A stretch of 24,691 nt of DNA, taken from NCBI RefSeq assembly GCF_004010195.1, contig NC_057749.1, positions 7,585,416 to 7,610,106 of the forward strand. Direction: 5' to 3'. Source of the DNA: Chiloscyllium plagiosum (Eukaryota). Of the stretch, positions 9,701-20,274 are shown piece by piece. Under the pieces are notes generated by a model. That model ran no database searches, had not been told where the DNA came from, and saw only the letters and a program-made list of their open reading frames with translations. The position numbers were made by a program, and so were the translations under genes. Positions within the stretch are counted from its first letter, which is position 1. Each line of letters starts with the position of its first letter.

Positions 9701-11324
9701 TATTTACAAGCACTGTACACAAGTCAAACTAGTATGTGTCACTTTTCAAATGTTATTGGCATTTCTAGCTGGGAACAATAAAACACTTTTCTTTCTTCAG
9801 CAAAAGATAGGAGAGTATTAAGGAAAACAGAATACAGATATATGGTGAAAGGCTTAGATAAGAGAGAGGTGGGTGATGTTGGGGAGCAGGAGATGGTGAA
9901 GATTCGTATGAATTACAGAACATCACGACTGACATATTTGGCTGAATGACTTTATTCTGCACCATGTAAGCTGCGGAAAACAAAAGCAGGAAGGCTAAAG
10001 CAAGGCCAATGCTAGTACATTCAAAAATGTTTGCCTTTCTTTGAAGTGGCACCTCACTGCTTTAAAACGTGGTGAAGCAGTTGATAGAATGAATGATAAA
10101 TGATGACAGCTGCCATTTTGTCCCAGTAACATTTCACAAAACATTCAAATTCCACTGAGTCTAGTGGGAGGAATGTGGACCAACCAACCAGGAGAAGTCC
10201 CTGCTGTTCTTCAAATACGGAGCCAAAATGGAAACCTCAATGCCCACAGGAACAGGAGCTCACTTTAATATTGGGTTGGATGGATGACATTCCAGAACAT
10301 TTTCCATGATTTCCCAAAGCGATGCTGTACATGTGACACACCCTCTGCAATTAGTTGCATGGCAACAACAGAAACCATGCAAATCAACTTCTGCAGCCAA
10401 AGGGAATTAACATGACAATACATGGTGACACAGAAGCAATGCAAGACAATTTAACAAGACCTGTATTGTTCAGTAGAGATAAGCAGATGCTAATTTAACA
10501 TTTAACACGAAGCACTTCCCAGATCGAGAATTCATATGTTTCTCTGTATAACTGTCACTTATTTTTTCCCCTCTATCCTTCATTATACAAAAATAAAGAC
10601 TACATAGAATATAAAACAGTACAGACCCTTCCACCCTCGATGTTGTGCTAATTTGTACCTTCTACATTATTGCGACTGAACTTGCTAAGTTTCTGTAATT
10701 GTATTCTTAGATGATTCCTTCTCTTTCTCCATTTATCTTTTTGGTGTCACATTTAGTAGTGGCATTTCTTCCAAACTTTGAGATTCCTTTTTGACTCTGT
10801 GTGAACTGTCTCACCAATTCATGTTATCTTTGCGCCATCACTTTATTTTTCTGAAAGGCAACATAACTGGACTGAACACGTACAATGAGTACTCAAGGAG
10901 ATGATGCTACTCAATAGGTTGCCTATTAATGGGAGCGTATTTCGTAAAAGTAACTTTTGGCGTACAGTATATTGCAAAAATCTGAACTTTTGTTACATTG
11001 CCCTCTCCACCGCCCCCTCTGCTTGGGAGGTGTAATTAAATATTAGTTCAATAATGGTAATGGAAATTGTGAGCAACAGTTCATCCTGCTGCATCCAGTA
11101 CAAAACAAAAAGATGCACTAGAGAGGGTGCCGAGGAGATTTGCCAATACGTTATCTGGGCTGGAGAATTTTATTTACGAGGAGCGATTTTGGATAGACTC
11201 GAGTTATTTTCCTTCGAGCAGAAAAGATTGAGAGGGGACATGCCAGAGGTACAAAATTATACAGGATTGACAGAAAAAAAAACTTTTCTCCTTGATGGAG
11301 GGATATGACCAAAAGGTTTAAAAA

Positions 11325-11658
11325 GTGGCACAGTGGCTCAGTGGTTAGCACTGCTGCCTCACAGCGCCAGCGACCTGGATTCAATTTCAGCCTCAGGCCA
11401 TTGTCTGTGTGGAGTTTACACATTCTCCCAGTATCTGTGTGGGTTTCCTCTGGGTGCTCCAGTTTCCTCCCACAGTCCAAAGATGGGCAGGTTAGGCGAA
11501 TTGGCCGTGCTTAATTGTCCATTGTGTCCAGGGATGTGCAGGCTAGGTGGATTAGCCATGGGAACTACAGGGTTGTGGGGTTGGGTCTGGGTGGGATGCT
11601 CTTCAGAGGGTCAGTATGGGCTGAATGGCCTGCTTCCACACTGTAGGCATTATATGAT
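11325..11658 (+). mobile_element. HE1 SINE
   Basis: gtggctcagtggttagcactgctgcctcacagcgccag head, V-domain, and ggcctgcttccacactgtagg tail. Confidence 0.9.
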
Positions 11659-11819
11659 GAAAAGATATTGGGGAGGTGGTTTAAAGGAGATAGGAGGAAA
11701 GACTTTTCACCAAGGGGGTGGTGGGAATCTGGAACTCACCGTCTCAAAGGGAGGTAGAGACAGAAATCCTCATTACATTTATTTTCACATGTGCACTTGA
11801 GTTACCAAGGCGTGCAAGT

Positions 11820-12048
11820 TTAGAGTCAAGATTAGAGTGGTGCTGGAAAAGCACAGCAGGTCAGGCAGCAACCGAGGAATGGAAAAAAAATTAATGTTTC
11901 GGATAAAAGCCCTTCATCAGGAATCAGGGCTTTTGCCCGAAATGTCGATTTTTACTGTTCCTTGGATGCTACTGGACCGGTTGTGCTTTTCCAGCACCAC
12001 TCTAACCTTGACTCTAATCTCCAGCATCTGCAGTCCCCATTTCTGCCT
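11820..12048. mobile_element. Head-to-head inverted PLE family A pLTR pair
   Basis: Left arm 11820-11924 (minus strand, begins attcCTGATGA). Right arm 11926-12048 begins at agggcttttgcccGAAA. Confidence 0.85.
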
Positions 12049-12689
12049 ACACAAGGTTGTGGGCCAATTGCTAGAAAATAGGGTTGGAATAAGGAGGTGG
12101 TTGTTTTTGATTGGTGCAGACTGATGGGCCGAATGGCCTCATCCTGTGCTGAGGAACCTCTCTGACTCTGAGGAGGAGGCTGAGGTGGGATTTTCTTTCC
12201 AATGGCCTTTCAGAAATTGAGGCTAGAGAGGCTTGAGACCCACTGTTTGTGCGAACTTTTGTGGATACTTCTGAGAAAGGTTTGAGAGATTGAGAAGATT
12301 ACACCTTCTGCATGCATGAGGCACACGAGTCTGAATGATTCATAATCAAATAAAATATCACTGAAGACATTAGGGGTTAATGCAAAGAATTCAACCCAAA
12401 ATGCAGTGGTCTGGCATAGTGATGGAAAGAGAACAGGTTGCATGTTTGGCTGCAAGGGGATAAAATAAGTGATGAGAAACAAGAAAATGGTTGTCCAAAT
12501 CTTGGTGATGCCTAAACGTTTTGGGAGATGTTTAGCTAATGTTACTGGAGAGATGGGTGTAAGTTTGCTTGCTGAGCTGAAATCTTCTCAAACTTGTTAC
12601 TGGAGAGACCCAGTACTATGGGCTATTCTGAAATTTCTTAACTTCTTACAAATGTGACGCTGCACAAAAAGAACAAAATTCCATTCTAC

Positions 12690-12895
12690 AGAGTCATAGA
12701 GCATAGAAACAGACCCCTTCGGCCAACCAGACCATGTCGACTATAATTCCAAACTAAACTAATCCCACATACCTGCTCCTGGCCCATATCCCTCCAAACA
12801 TTTCTTACTCATGTACTTATCCAAATATCTTTTAAACATTGTAACTGTACCCACATCCACCACTTCCTCAGGAAGTTCATTCCACACACGAACAA
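12690..12895 (-). mobile_element. CR1 3' end fragment
   Basis: Homologous to 7535-7720 (gaaacagacccc…ggcccatatccctccaaac…cattccacac). Confidence 0.8.
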
Positions 12896-12933
12896 CTGCT
12901 CAGATGCTTTTCCATTACATTCTTTAATTACTC

Positions 12934-13129
12934 GGAGATAGTGAGGACTGCAGATGCTGGAGAGTCAGTCGATAAAGTGTGGTGCACTAAGAGAGACACA
13001 GCAGGTCAGGCAGCATCCGAGGAGCAAGAGGATCAACATTTCGGGCTTAACCCTTCAAGAGTCATGCCTGAAACATTGACTCTCTTGCTCCTTGTGTGCT
13101 GCTGTTCTTTTCCAGCACTACACTTTATC
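12934..13129. mobile_element. Older head-to-head inverted PLE pLTR pair
   Basis: Inverted arms meet at about 13055. Imperfect flanking direct repeat cattct(t)taatt at about 12918-12929 and 13130-13140. Confidence 0.75.
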
Positions 13130-13179
13130 CATTCTTAATTTATAGCAACTTTCTCATCACAGTGGGCATGGCATCAATC

Positions 13180-14245
13180 CAAGAACAGAAGAACATAAGA
13201 AACAGGAACAGAAGTAGGCCATTTGGCCCCTCAAGGTGTTCTACTGTTCAATAAGATCTTGGCTCTCATGCCTGAGACTCAACCAGTGTTTCATGCCTGC
13301 TCAGCATAGATAATGTTTTTCAAAAAATCTCTTTCAATATTTTATGATCTGAAAGTGTTAAATCACAGCAGAAAAGCAGGACTTCTCCACCCCTTGATGC
13401 TGCATTCTCCCAGCCTCCTGTTTGTCTACCCAGGTCAAACTTTCAAGCAAAGGCGTGTGACGAGGGTATTGGTTAGAAATTACAAAGGAGTTGACTTCTC
13501 AAACTGACCATAACATGTTGGAGTGGAAGTAGGCCATTCAGCCCATTGAGTCTGCTGCACTATTCAGTGGGATTGTGGCTGATCAGTTAAGCCTCAACAC
13601 TGGATATTGCCAGTGTTGGAGGAGTTGAGTTGTAGGGAGAGGCTGAATATACTGGAGCTGTTTTTCCTGGAGCACCGGAGGCTGAGGGATGACCTTATAA
13701 AAGAGACTTACCTGGCAATTTTTCATGCAAAGGGTGGTGCGTGTATGGAATGAGCTCCTAGAGGAAATGGTGGAGGCTGGTATAATTACAGCATTTAAAG
13801 GGAATCTGGATGGTTATATGAATAGGAAGGGATATGGGCCAAATGCTGGCAAATGGGACTAGATTAGGTTAGATTCCCTACAGCGTGGAAACAGCTGTTT
13901 CCCTTCAGCCCAACAAGTCCACACCGACCCTCTGAAGAGTAACCTACCCAGACCCATTTCCCTCTGACTAACGCACCGAACATTATGGGCAATTTAGCAT
14001 GGCCAATTCACCTGACCTGCACATCTTTGGACTGTGGGAGGAAACTGGAGCACCCGGAGGAAACCCACACAGACACAGGGAGAAAGTGCAAACTCTACGC
14101 AGTTGCCCAAGGCAGGAAACAAACCTGAGTCCCTGGTGCTGTGAGGCTGCAGTGCTAACCACAGAGCTACCGTGCCATCGTGAATTTAGGATATCTGGTC
14201 AGCATGGACAAGTTGGACCAAAGGTTCTGCTTATGTGTGCATAGC
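13180..14245. mobile_element. Cluster of CR1 fragments (13180-13310 minus, 13505-13600 minus, 13605-13870 and 14185-14245 plus)
   Basis: agaagtaggccatt tails on the minus strand. On the plus strand, ggagctgtttttcctggagcaccggaggctgagggatgaccttata encodes the LFSLE..RLRGDL-like motif. Confidence 0.75.
13872..14177 (-). mobile_element. HE1 SINE inserted in a CR1 3' UTR
   Basis: tgggaggaaactggagcacccggaggaaacccac is the reverse complement of the V-domain. The head is at 14125-14177. Confidence 0.9.
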
Positions 14246-14304
14246 TCCGGCCCCCAGCCCACTATTCGTCCAACCACGTTATTGTCTTTGATTGAGGATC
14301 TAGA

Positions 14305-14410
14305 TGTCTTTGCAGGCATCATTTGAAGGAACAATGACTCAGCAAGTCTCACAGTATCTGTGGAGAGAAAGTAGTTAATGTTTTGGGTCCAGTGACCCTT
14401 CTTCAATTGA
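14305..14410 (-). mobile_element. PLE family C pseudo-LTR with degenerate hammerhead
   Basis: Minus strand ttgaagaaGGGTCactgGACCCaaaacattaact…ctctccacagatactg has the same core type as 21979-22012. Confidence 0.65.
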
Positions 14411-15054
14411 AGGAATATATTTCTCAGAAAGTAGTTTTTGGGTTGTTGCATTTATCTGCATACACAGTCACTTAAGCATGCTGTTAGCACCACTGTTATT
14501 TCACAATAAAATGTGTCTCACTATTATTTGACAAGGACTCTGTCACTTGTCCTCCTATTGATCAACAGTTTAAATAGTTTCTCTCTTTCTGATAAAAGTC
14601 TAGCCCTCCAGATTACTGGCCTCATGTAGATTGTCTTTGTCTTGACAATTGTGTTTTGATAACTTCATGTTTGGTTCGCATTACCATTTTGCTTAATTAA
14701 AATGGATTTTAAAAATGGAATTTGTTACTGTTTTTCAGAGTGCAATCATGTATTTCATTAATTAAAATGAAAACCCTCTTAATGCTCAAATCTATCAACT
14801 TAAAATAAGCTTACACATTTTCAAAATTGTTCAAATTATGTTATATTCTGTCAAATGAACTCACCACTTGTTTGTTCAAATTTCCAAGAAACAATCATAA
14901 TCATGAATAATTCACTCAGTCTGAACATGAGAGGGTGAGAGTGAGAAAGAGAGAGCATGCAAAAGACCATGTACAAGAGAGCAACAGAGTGCACATAAGA
15001 ACATGCTGGTGAGAACGAGTGTGTATTGGGGATAATTAGGGGGTTACGCATGTA

Positions 15055-15257
15055 CAGGTAGTTCTTCTATAATGCAATGGTTGCATTCTTGTGAAACCCC
15101 GCATTATATAAAAATCACACTTCAGAAACAGCGCTTAAAGTGTTGGTGTTGTAACCACAACACACATTTTAAAAGTTGTAGAAACAGCATCCCCAATTCG
15201 TCAATTGCATTACACTGAATTCACATTGACGAAATGCATCTTATAGCAGACGAAATA
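15055..15257. mobile_element. About 200-bp Tc1/pogo-type MITE
   Basis: TA-CAGGTAGTTCTTCTATAATGC at the left end and ...gcatcttatagcagacgaaata-TA at the right form imperfect TIRs. Confidence 0.75.
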
Positions 15258-15374
15258 TAGACTTCTCAAAAGTATTAACATCAGGTTGTTTTTGAAAAGA
15301 AACAGACTACTATCAAACATTTGAATAGTAATTAATCCATTATAGGCATTATCTAACAATCAAGCAAAAAAATT

Positions 15375-15455
15375 AGGTTAGGGTATCTGGTCTGCATGGA
15401 CAAGTTGGACCAAAGGGTTTGTTTCCATGCTGTACATCTCTATGACTCCATGACT
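15375..15455 (+). mobile_element. CR1 extreme 3' end
   Basis: gcatggacaagttggaccaaagggtttgtttccatgctgta followed by a ctatgactccatgact tail. Confidence 0.8.
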
Positions 15456-15902
15456 GGGAGGCTTCACTGGATTTCAGAGGGATCCAGCCTGCAACAACTA
15501 TATTCATCTGTCTACTGAAATGTCAATGCTACCATCATCATTGCAGCTAACAACTGGTTAAATACCTCCATTCCCAGACAACATGCTGTGCCTGTGTGAA
15601 GGCCAGTCATAGAGGAAACAAAAACACTCCAGGGCAGCCCCACACCAAGTCATGTTCTTGTTAAATCGCAACCTATTTCAAGAAATTCTGGAATGTACAA
15701 GTGACAGATGTAGAATCAAGCTGGAAGACTAGAGGAAGAGAAACAGCACACAGAAAGAGCATGAGGTGGGGATGAAGATAACATTCCACAGTACAAATGA
15801 AAGCCAAATGTTACATAGCTCAATTTCATTGTTGATCCAGCGTGTTTGTTACCTTGGAAGATAAGCACACCAATACTCGGTGTCATATTTGCTTATACTA
15901 AC

Positions 15903-15965
15903 CTAATGTGAAAGCAATTCCAATATGTAGTTGCCTCAATATTGTATTTCCTGAGCAAACTATAT
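15903..15965 (-). CDS. Possible 63-bp exon of the host gene
   Basis: ccatctttgcag|ATATAG…CACATTAG|gttagt. It is open in the phase required by exon 18773-18860 (D-IVCSGNTILRQLHIGIAFTL), but also open in one other frame, so support is weak. Confidence 0.3.
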
Positions 15966-16186
15966 CTGCAAAGATGGGATGTACAAGAGTTTGCAAGAGC
16001 GAGGCAGAGATAGACCATGCACAAGAGGGCAAGAGTGAGGCAGAGAGCATGTGCATGGTAGGGTGAGAGTCAGGAAGAGAGAGTATGCAAAAGACCATGT
16101 GCAAGAGAGCGACAGAGAGTGTGCATAAGAGAACATGATGGTGAGAATGAGTGTGCATTGGGGACATTTAGGGAGTTAAGCATGTA

Positions 16187-16386
16187 CAGGTAGTTCTATA
16201 ATGCGATGGTTGCGTTCTTGTGAAACCCCACATTATAGAAAAATCACACTTTAGAAACAGTGCTTAAAGTGTTGGTCTGTAATCACAACACACATTCTAA
16301 AAGTTATAGAAACAGCGTCCCCAATTTGTCAGTCGCATTACAGCGAATTCACATTCACAAAATGCATCTTATAGCAGAACAAAATG
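16187..16386. mobile_element. About 200-bp Tc1/pogo-type MITE (duplicate of 15055-15257)
   Basis: TA-CAGGTAGTTCTATAATGCG at the left end and ...gcatcttatagcagaacaaaatg-TA at the right. Confidence 0.75.
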
Positions 16387-16461
16387 TATATTTCTTTACT
16401 GACAGTTTTTAAAAGAAGGTGCAATTGCTGCTTATAAACCTACAAACAAATCACAACTTCT

Positions 16462-16722
16462 GCCACCGACAAACAGAGCCCACCACTCAGGATATACTTC
16501 CCTCCCCAGCCCTATAAGCGCTCCAGAGAGACCGTTCCCTCAGCGATGCCCTTGTCAGATCCACGCCCACCCCACCAGCCCTACTCCACTCCCGGTACCT
16601 GGCCCTACCACAGCAAGAAGTGCAAACCATGTACCCACACCTCCCGCCTCACCTCCATCCAAGGCCCCAAAGGTCCTTCCACATCGAACAGAAATTTACC
16701 TGTATCTCCACAACTGTCATCT
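16462..16722 (+). mobile_element. PLE ORF fragment: RT-to-endonuclease linker with Cys motif
   Basis: With frameshifts it reads ..PSPAL.AL.RDRSLSDALVRS..PGTWPYHSKKCKPCTHTS.LTSIQGPKG..FHI..KFTC.STTVI, the region just upstream of GIY-YIG in Neptune-like PLEs. Confidence 0.8.
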
Positions 16723-18300
16723 AGTGAGCGAGCAGAAATAAAGAGCATCTCAAGGCATTTTATTCATATCTAAGAAGCAAGAAGGTAACTAGAAAAAGGG
16801 TTGGTCCACTAAAGGATAAGGAAGGAAGGTTGAGCATTGAACCTGAGAAAGTGGGTGAGATTCTCAATAACTACTTTGCATCAGTGTTCACTGAGGAAAG
16901 GGACATGATGAATGTTGAGATTAGAGAAAGAAGTTTTTTGCTCTGGATCACGTTGACATAAGCAGAGAAGACACGTTAGGTAGAAAGGATATTTTGGTAG
17001 ACAAATCCCCAGGGCTAGATGGAATCTATCCCAGGTTGCTGAGGGAGATGACAGAGGAAATAGCTGGGGCCCTGACAGATATCTTTGCAGCATCCTTATA
17101 CGCAAGTGAGGTGCCAGAAGGCTGGAGAGCTGCTAATGTTGTCCCCCCGGTACAAGAAGGGTAGTAGGATTATTCCAGGTAACTACAGACCAGTGAGCCT
17201 GATGTCAGTGGTGGGAAAGTTGCTGGAGAAGTTACTGAGGGATAGAATCTATTTATATTTGGAAAATAATGGGCTTATCAGTGATATTGGGGAGACAGGC
17301 CGGCTACTTGCGGAGCGTTTCAGAGAACACCTCTGGGACACCCGGACCAACCAACACAACCACCCTGTGGCTCAACATTTCAATTCCCCCTCCCACTCCA
17401 CCAAGGATATGCAGGTCTTTGGACTCCTCCATCGCCAGACCACAACAAAACGACGGTTGGAGGAAGAGCGCCTCATCTTCCGCCTAGGAACCCTCCAACC
17501 ACAAGGGATGAACTCGGATTTCACCAGTTTCCTCATTTCCCCTCCCCCACCCTGTCTCAGTCAAATCCATCAAATTCAGCACCGCCTTCCTAACCTGCAA
17601 TCTTCTTCCCGACCTCTCCGCCCCCACCCCAGTCTCACCTATCACCCTCACCTTGACCTCTTTCCACCTATCACATTTCCGACGCCCCTCCCCCAAGTCC
17701 CTCCTCCCTACCTTTTATCTTAGCCTGCTGGACAAACTTTCCTCATTCCTGAAGAAGGGCTTATGCCCAAAACGTCGATTCTCCTGTTCCCTGGATGCTG
17801 CCTGACCTGCTGCGCTTTTCCAGCAACACATTTTCAGCTCTGATCTCCAGCATCTGCAGACCTCACTTTCTCCTTATCAGTGATAGGCAATATGGTTTTG
17901 TGCGGAGCAGATCATGCCTTACCAAGTTAAAGTTTTTTGAGGAAGTGACCAAGTTGATAGATGAAGGAAAGACTGTAGATGTCATATACATGGACTTTAG
18001 TAAGGCATTTGAAAAGGTTCCTTATGGTAAACTAATGGAGAAAGTGAAATCATATTGTGCACACGATGTTCTAGCGAGGTGGATAAACAACTGGTTGAGC
18101 AACAGGAGACAGAGTAGTAGTTGAAGGGAGTTTCTTGAAATGGAGAAAGGTGACCAGTGGTGTTCCACAGGGGTCAGTGCTGGGGCCACTGTTGTCTGTG
18201 ATATACATAAATGATTTGGAAGAGGGCACTGGTGGTCTGATCAATAAGTTTGCAGTTGACAAGAAGATTGGTGGAGTAGCAAAAAGCATAAGGGACTGTC
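16723..18300 (+). mobile_element. CR1 ORF2 RT region, decayed, interrupted by a PLE
   Basis: PGNYRPVSLMSVVGKLLEK; QYGFVRSRSCLT; VDVIYMDFSKAFEKVP; VTSGVPQGSVLGPLLSVIYINDL; KFAVD (degenerate FADD). Confidence 0.92.
17287..17872 (+). mobile_element. 5'-truncated PLE family A: GIY-YIG endonuclease C-terminal part, 3' UTR and pLTR, with 13-bp TSD
   Basis: IGETGRLLAERFREHL…HPVAQHFNSPSH…LEEERLIFRLGTLQPQGMN. cttatcagtgata occurs at 17274-17286 and 17873-17885. Confidence 0.92.
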
Positions 18301-18306
18301 AAATGG

Positions 18307-18428
18307 CTGATGAAGGGCTTATGCCTGAAACATCGATTCTCCTGCTCATCAGATGCTGCCTGACCTGCTGTGCTTTTCCAGCACCACACTCTATTCTGAT
18401 CTCCAGCATCTGCAGTCCTCGCTTTCCC
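18307..18428 (+). mobile_element. Solo PLE family A pLTR with hammerhead motif
   Basis: Begins CTGATGAagggcttatgcctGAAAcatcga and ends ccagcatctgcagtcctcgctttccc. Confidence 0.85.
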
Positions 18429-18772
18429 CTACCACTCATTGGTTAAGTTTTATTTTGATAATAAAACATCAATTGAATTAATAAGAATGTTGGTTGATTG
18501 ATTTCTGAAATTTGAAACCCAATATAGATGAATGCACTTAATTTGGCACCTCAGAAACTGGGAATAGTTCATTTTACACCATGACCCATGCTGGACTGGG
18601 ATTAGAGCATTGGTGTATTCCTCCATACTCAGTCGTAACAGAGAAGTGGGGTCTCACAGCAGGATACCCAGTGTGGGTTACTGCTTAGTTGGAAGTAGAG
18701 TTGCAATAATTTTATACAAAAGATAAAAGTAAAATATACGAGATCCCCTGTGATTAGAGTGACGGCACATAC

Positions 18773-18860
18773 CTTCCTCCTTGGTCTTAACACATGGAAC
18801 AAAATCTCTCAAGTAGGGATAAACTGACTCAAGCAACTCGGGCAAAGGTACAGCAGGGAT
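18773..18860 (-). CDS. Candidate internal exon of an unidentified host gene (88 bp, phase 0 to 1)
   Basis: acattcttacag|ATCCCT…GAGGAAG|gtatgt. Only one frame is open: IPAVPLPELLESVYPYLRDFVPCVKTKEE. The sequence is non-repetitive and phase-matched to the upstream exon. Confidence 0.6.
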
Positions 18861-19379
18861 CTGTAAGAATGTGTCTGTCATTGAGAAACTGTCAAAATAT
18901 CTTAAAGTAGCCTTTGAGAAAAACTGACCAAGGGGTCAGATTAGGCATCACAAGGTTGAAGCCAAGGTAAAAGGACAATTCTGCAGCCTGCATTTTGCAA
19001 TACTGGATCAGTTCCTTATACATAGTTAGTAACAGTAAATGATGAGTTAGTGAAAGATTGTGGTGTATCTCAATGATCCAACGAATGTTCATTTCACTGA
19101 GTGTTCAATCAGGAGAAAAACATGGGACCATGTAATTATCAATTCCATTGAGGAGAAAAAGTGTGTTTTATTTTGGTTAATAGTTATGGCAAATCTACAA
19201 AATGTTCAGTCTCTGCCTAATACAACAAGTGCCAAACTATCCAGTCTTTAAATGTTAGTTTGCAATTTGTGGATTGCCAGAGGTAAGGGTGTCACAATGG
19301 GCTGTAGTTAATATCAGAGGGGTCTGAAGTATTATAATGCAAGAGTGGAGTCAAACACATACTAATGTCATCATATTAC

Positions 19380-19567
19380 CAAGCAATGAATATTGCTGCA
19401 GAAGGAAGGGTACAGATTCTGAAGAGATCCTTGCAAAAGGCTTTGCTCACTGACAAGCTCGGCAAGAACTCTATGTTTCTCTTTGACACTGGCTCGACAA
19501 TTTTCTGTTCTCTTACAGAAAGTCTCTAACAAATTGTTCACTTTACAAGTCATGATCAAGCATGTTC
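19380..19567 (-). CDS. Candidate internal exon of an unidentified host gene (188 bp, phase 1 to 0)
   Basis: ccttgttctag|GAACA…TGCTTG|gtaata. Only one frame is open: TCLIMTCKVNNLLETFCKRTENCRASVKEKHRVLAELVSEQSLLQGSLQNLYPSFCSNIHCL. A 519-bp intron separates it from the next exon. Confidence 0.55.
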
Positions 19568-20274
19568 CTAGAACAAGGTGTAGTTTGTTTAATGCTGATC
19601 ACAGTGACAAAATAAGAAAATCAGTAAGACAAAGCAGAGATCAGACATGTTACAACGGGAATGAAACTTCAGAAGGTTATGGTGAAAATCCACACAGTAT
19701 AAAGAGAACTGAGTGCTTGGAGATTGGATACATTTCTATGACCAAACTGGATCAATTAATCACCTCGCCCAACTACTCCACGCATTGAGCAGAATATTAA
19801 AATTTAGCACAAACATGCACAAAATGTTGGGAGAGGCAGCTCGCACTATAGTAGAGAATAGCAAATTAATTTGGAGTAGGGAGAATGTAATGAAGATTGG
19901 GCTGTAATTGCTGGACATGTCAGTTTAACTTCAGTGGTGGGGAGAAAGTCTGAAAACAACTAATTAAGATAGAATTTGTAGCCACATGGTAGGGCTCTTA
20001 TGGAACAATGTCTCTAACACTGGACCAAGAGTTCTGGATTCAAGTGCCACCTATTCCAAAGGTGTAATAAAAGCTCTGAACAGGTTAATTGGAAATATCT
20101 TTATAGTCATATGGAAAAGAAGTGTCAGCACGGATTTGTTAACAGAACTTTCCTTAAAACTAACTTGCTGGAATTTGTTGCAGAGGTAACACAGGGTTGA
20201 AGAAGGCAAGGCTGTTGATATGGTGTACAAGGACTTTCAAAAGGTGTTTAACACAGTGTTACACAACTGACCTC

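Larger units (their letters stand above)
11075..12170 (+). mobile_element. Decayed CR1 3' fragment interrupted by HE1 (11325-11658) and a PLE palindrome (11820-12048)
   Basis: LDRLELFSFEQKRLRGD motif. The element resumes at 11660 (ttttcaccaagggggtggtgggaatctggaac). The tail gatgggccgaatggcctc is at 12123. Confidence 0.75.

Noticed and set aside
9920..9990. Strong minus-strand acceptor ttttgttttccgcag as a terminal exon
   Set aside because: No donor or recognisable coding sequence follows, and two of three frames stop quickly.
12598..12680. Minus-strand acceptor ttctttttgtgcag followed by RHICKKLRNFRIAHSTGSLQ-stop
   Set aside because: It could be a terminal exon, but there is no phase-0 partner exon or other support, so it cannot be told from chance.
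14865..14920. 56-bp exon (ttcag…gtgagt)
   Set aside because: The splice sites are good, but its only open frame is incompatible with the phase coming from the 88-bp and 63-bp exon chain. It was not listed as a feature.
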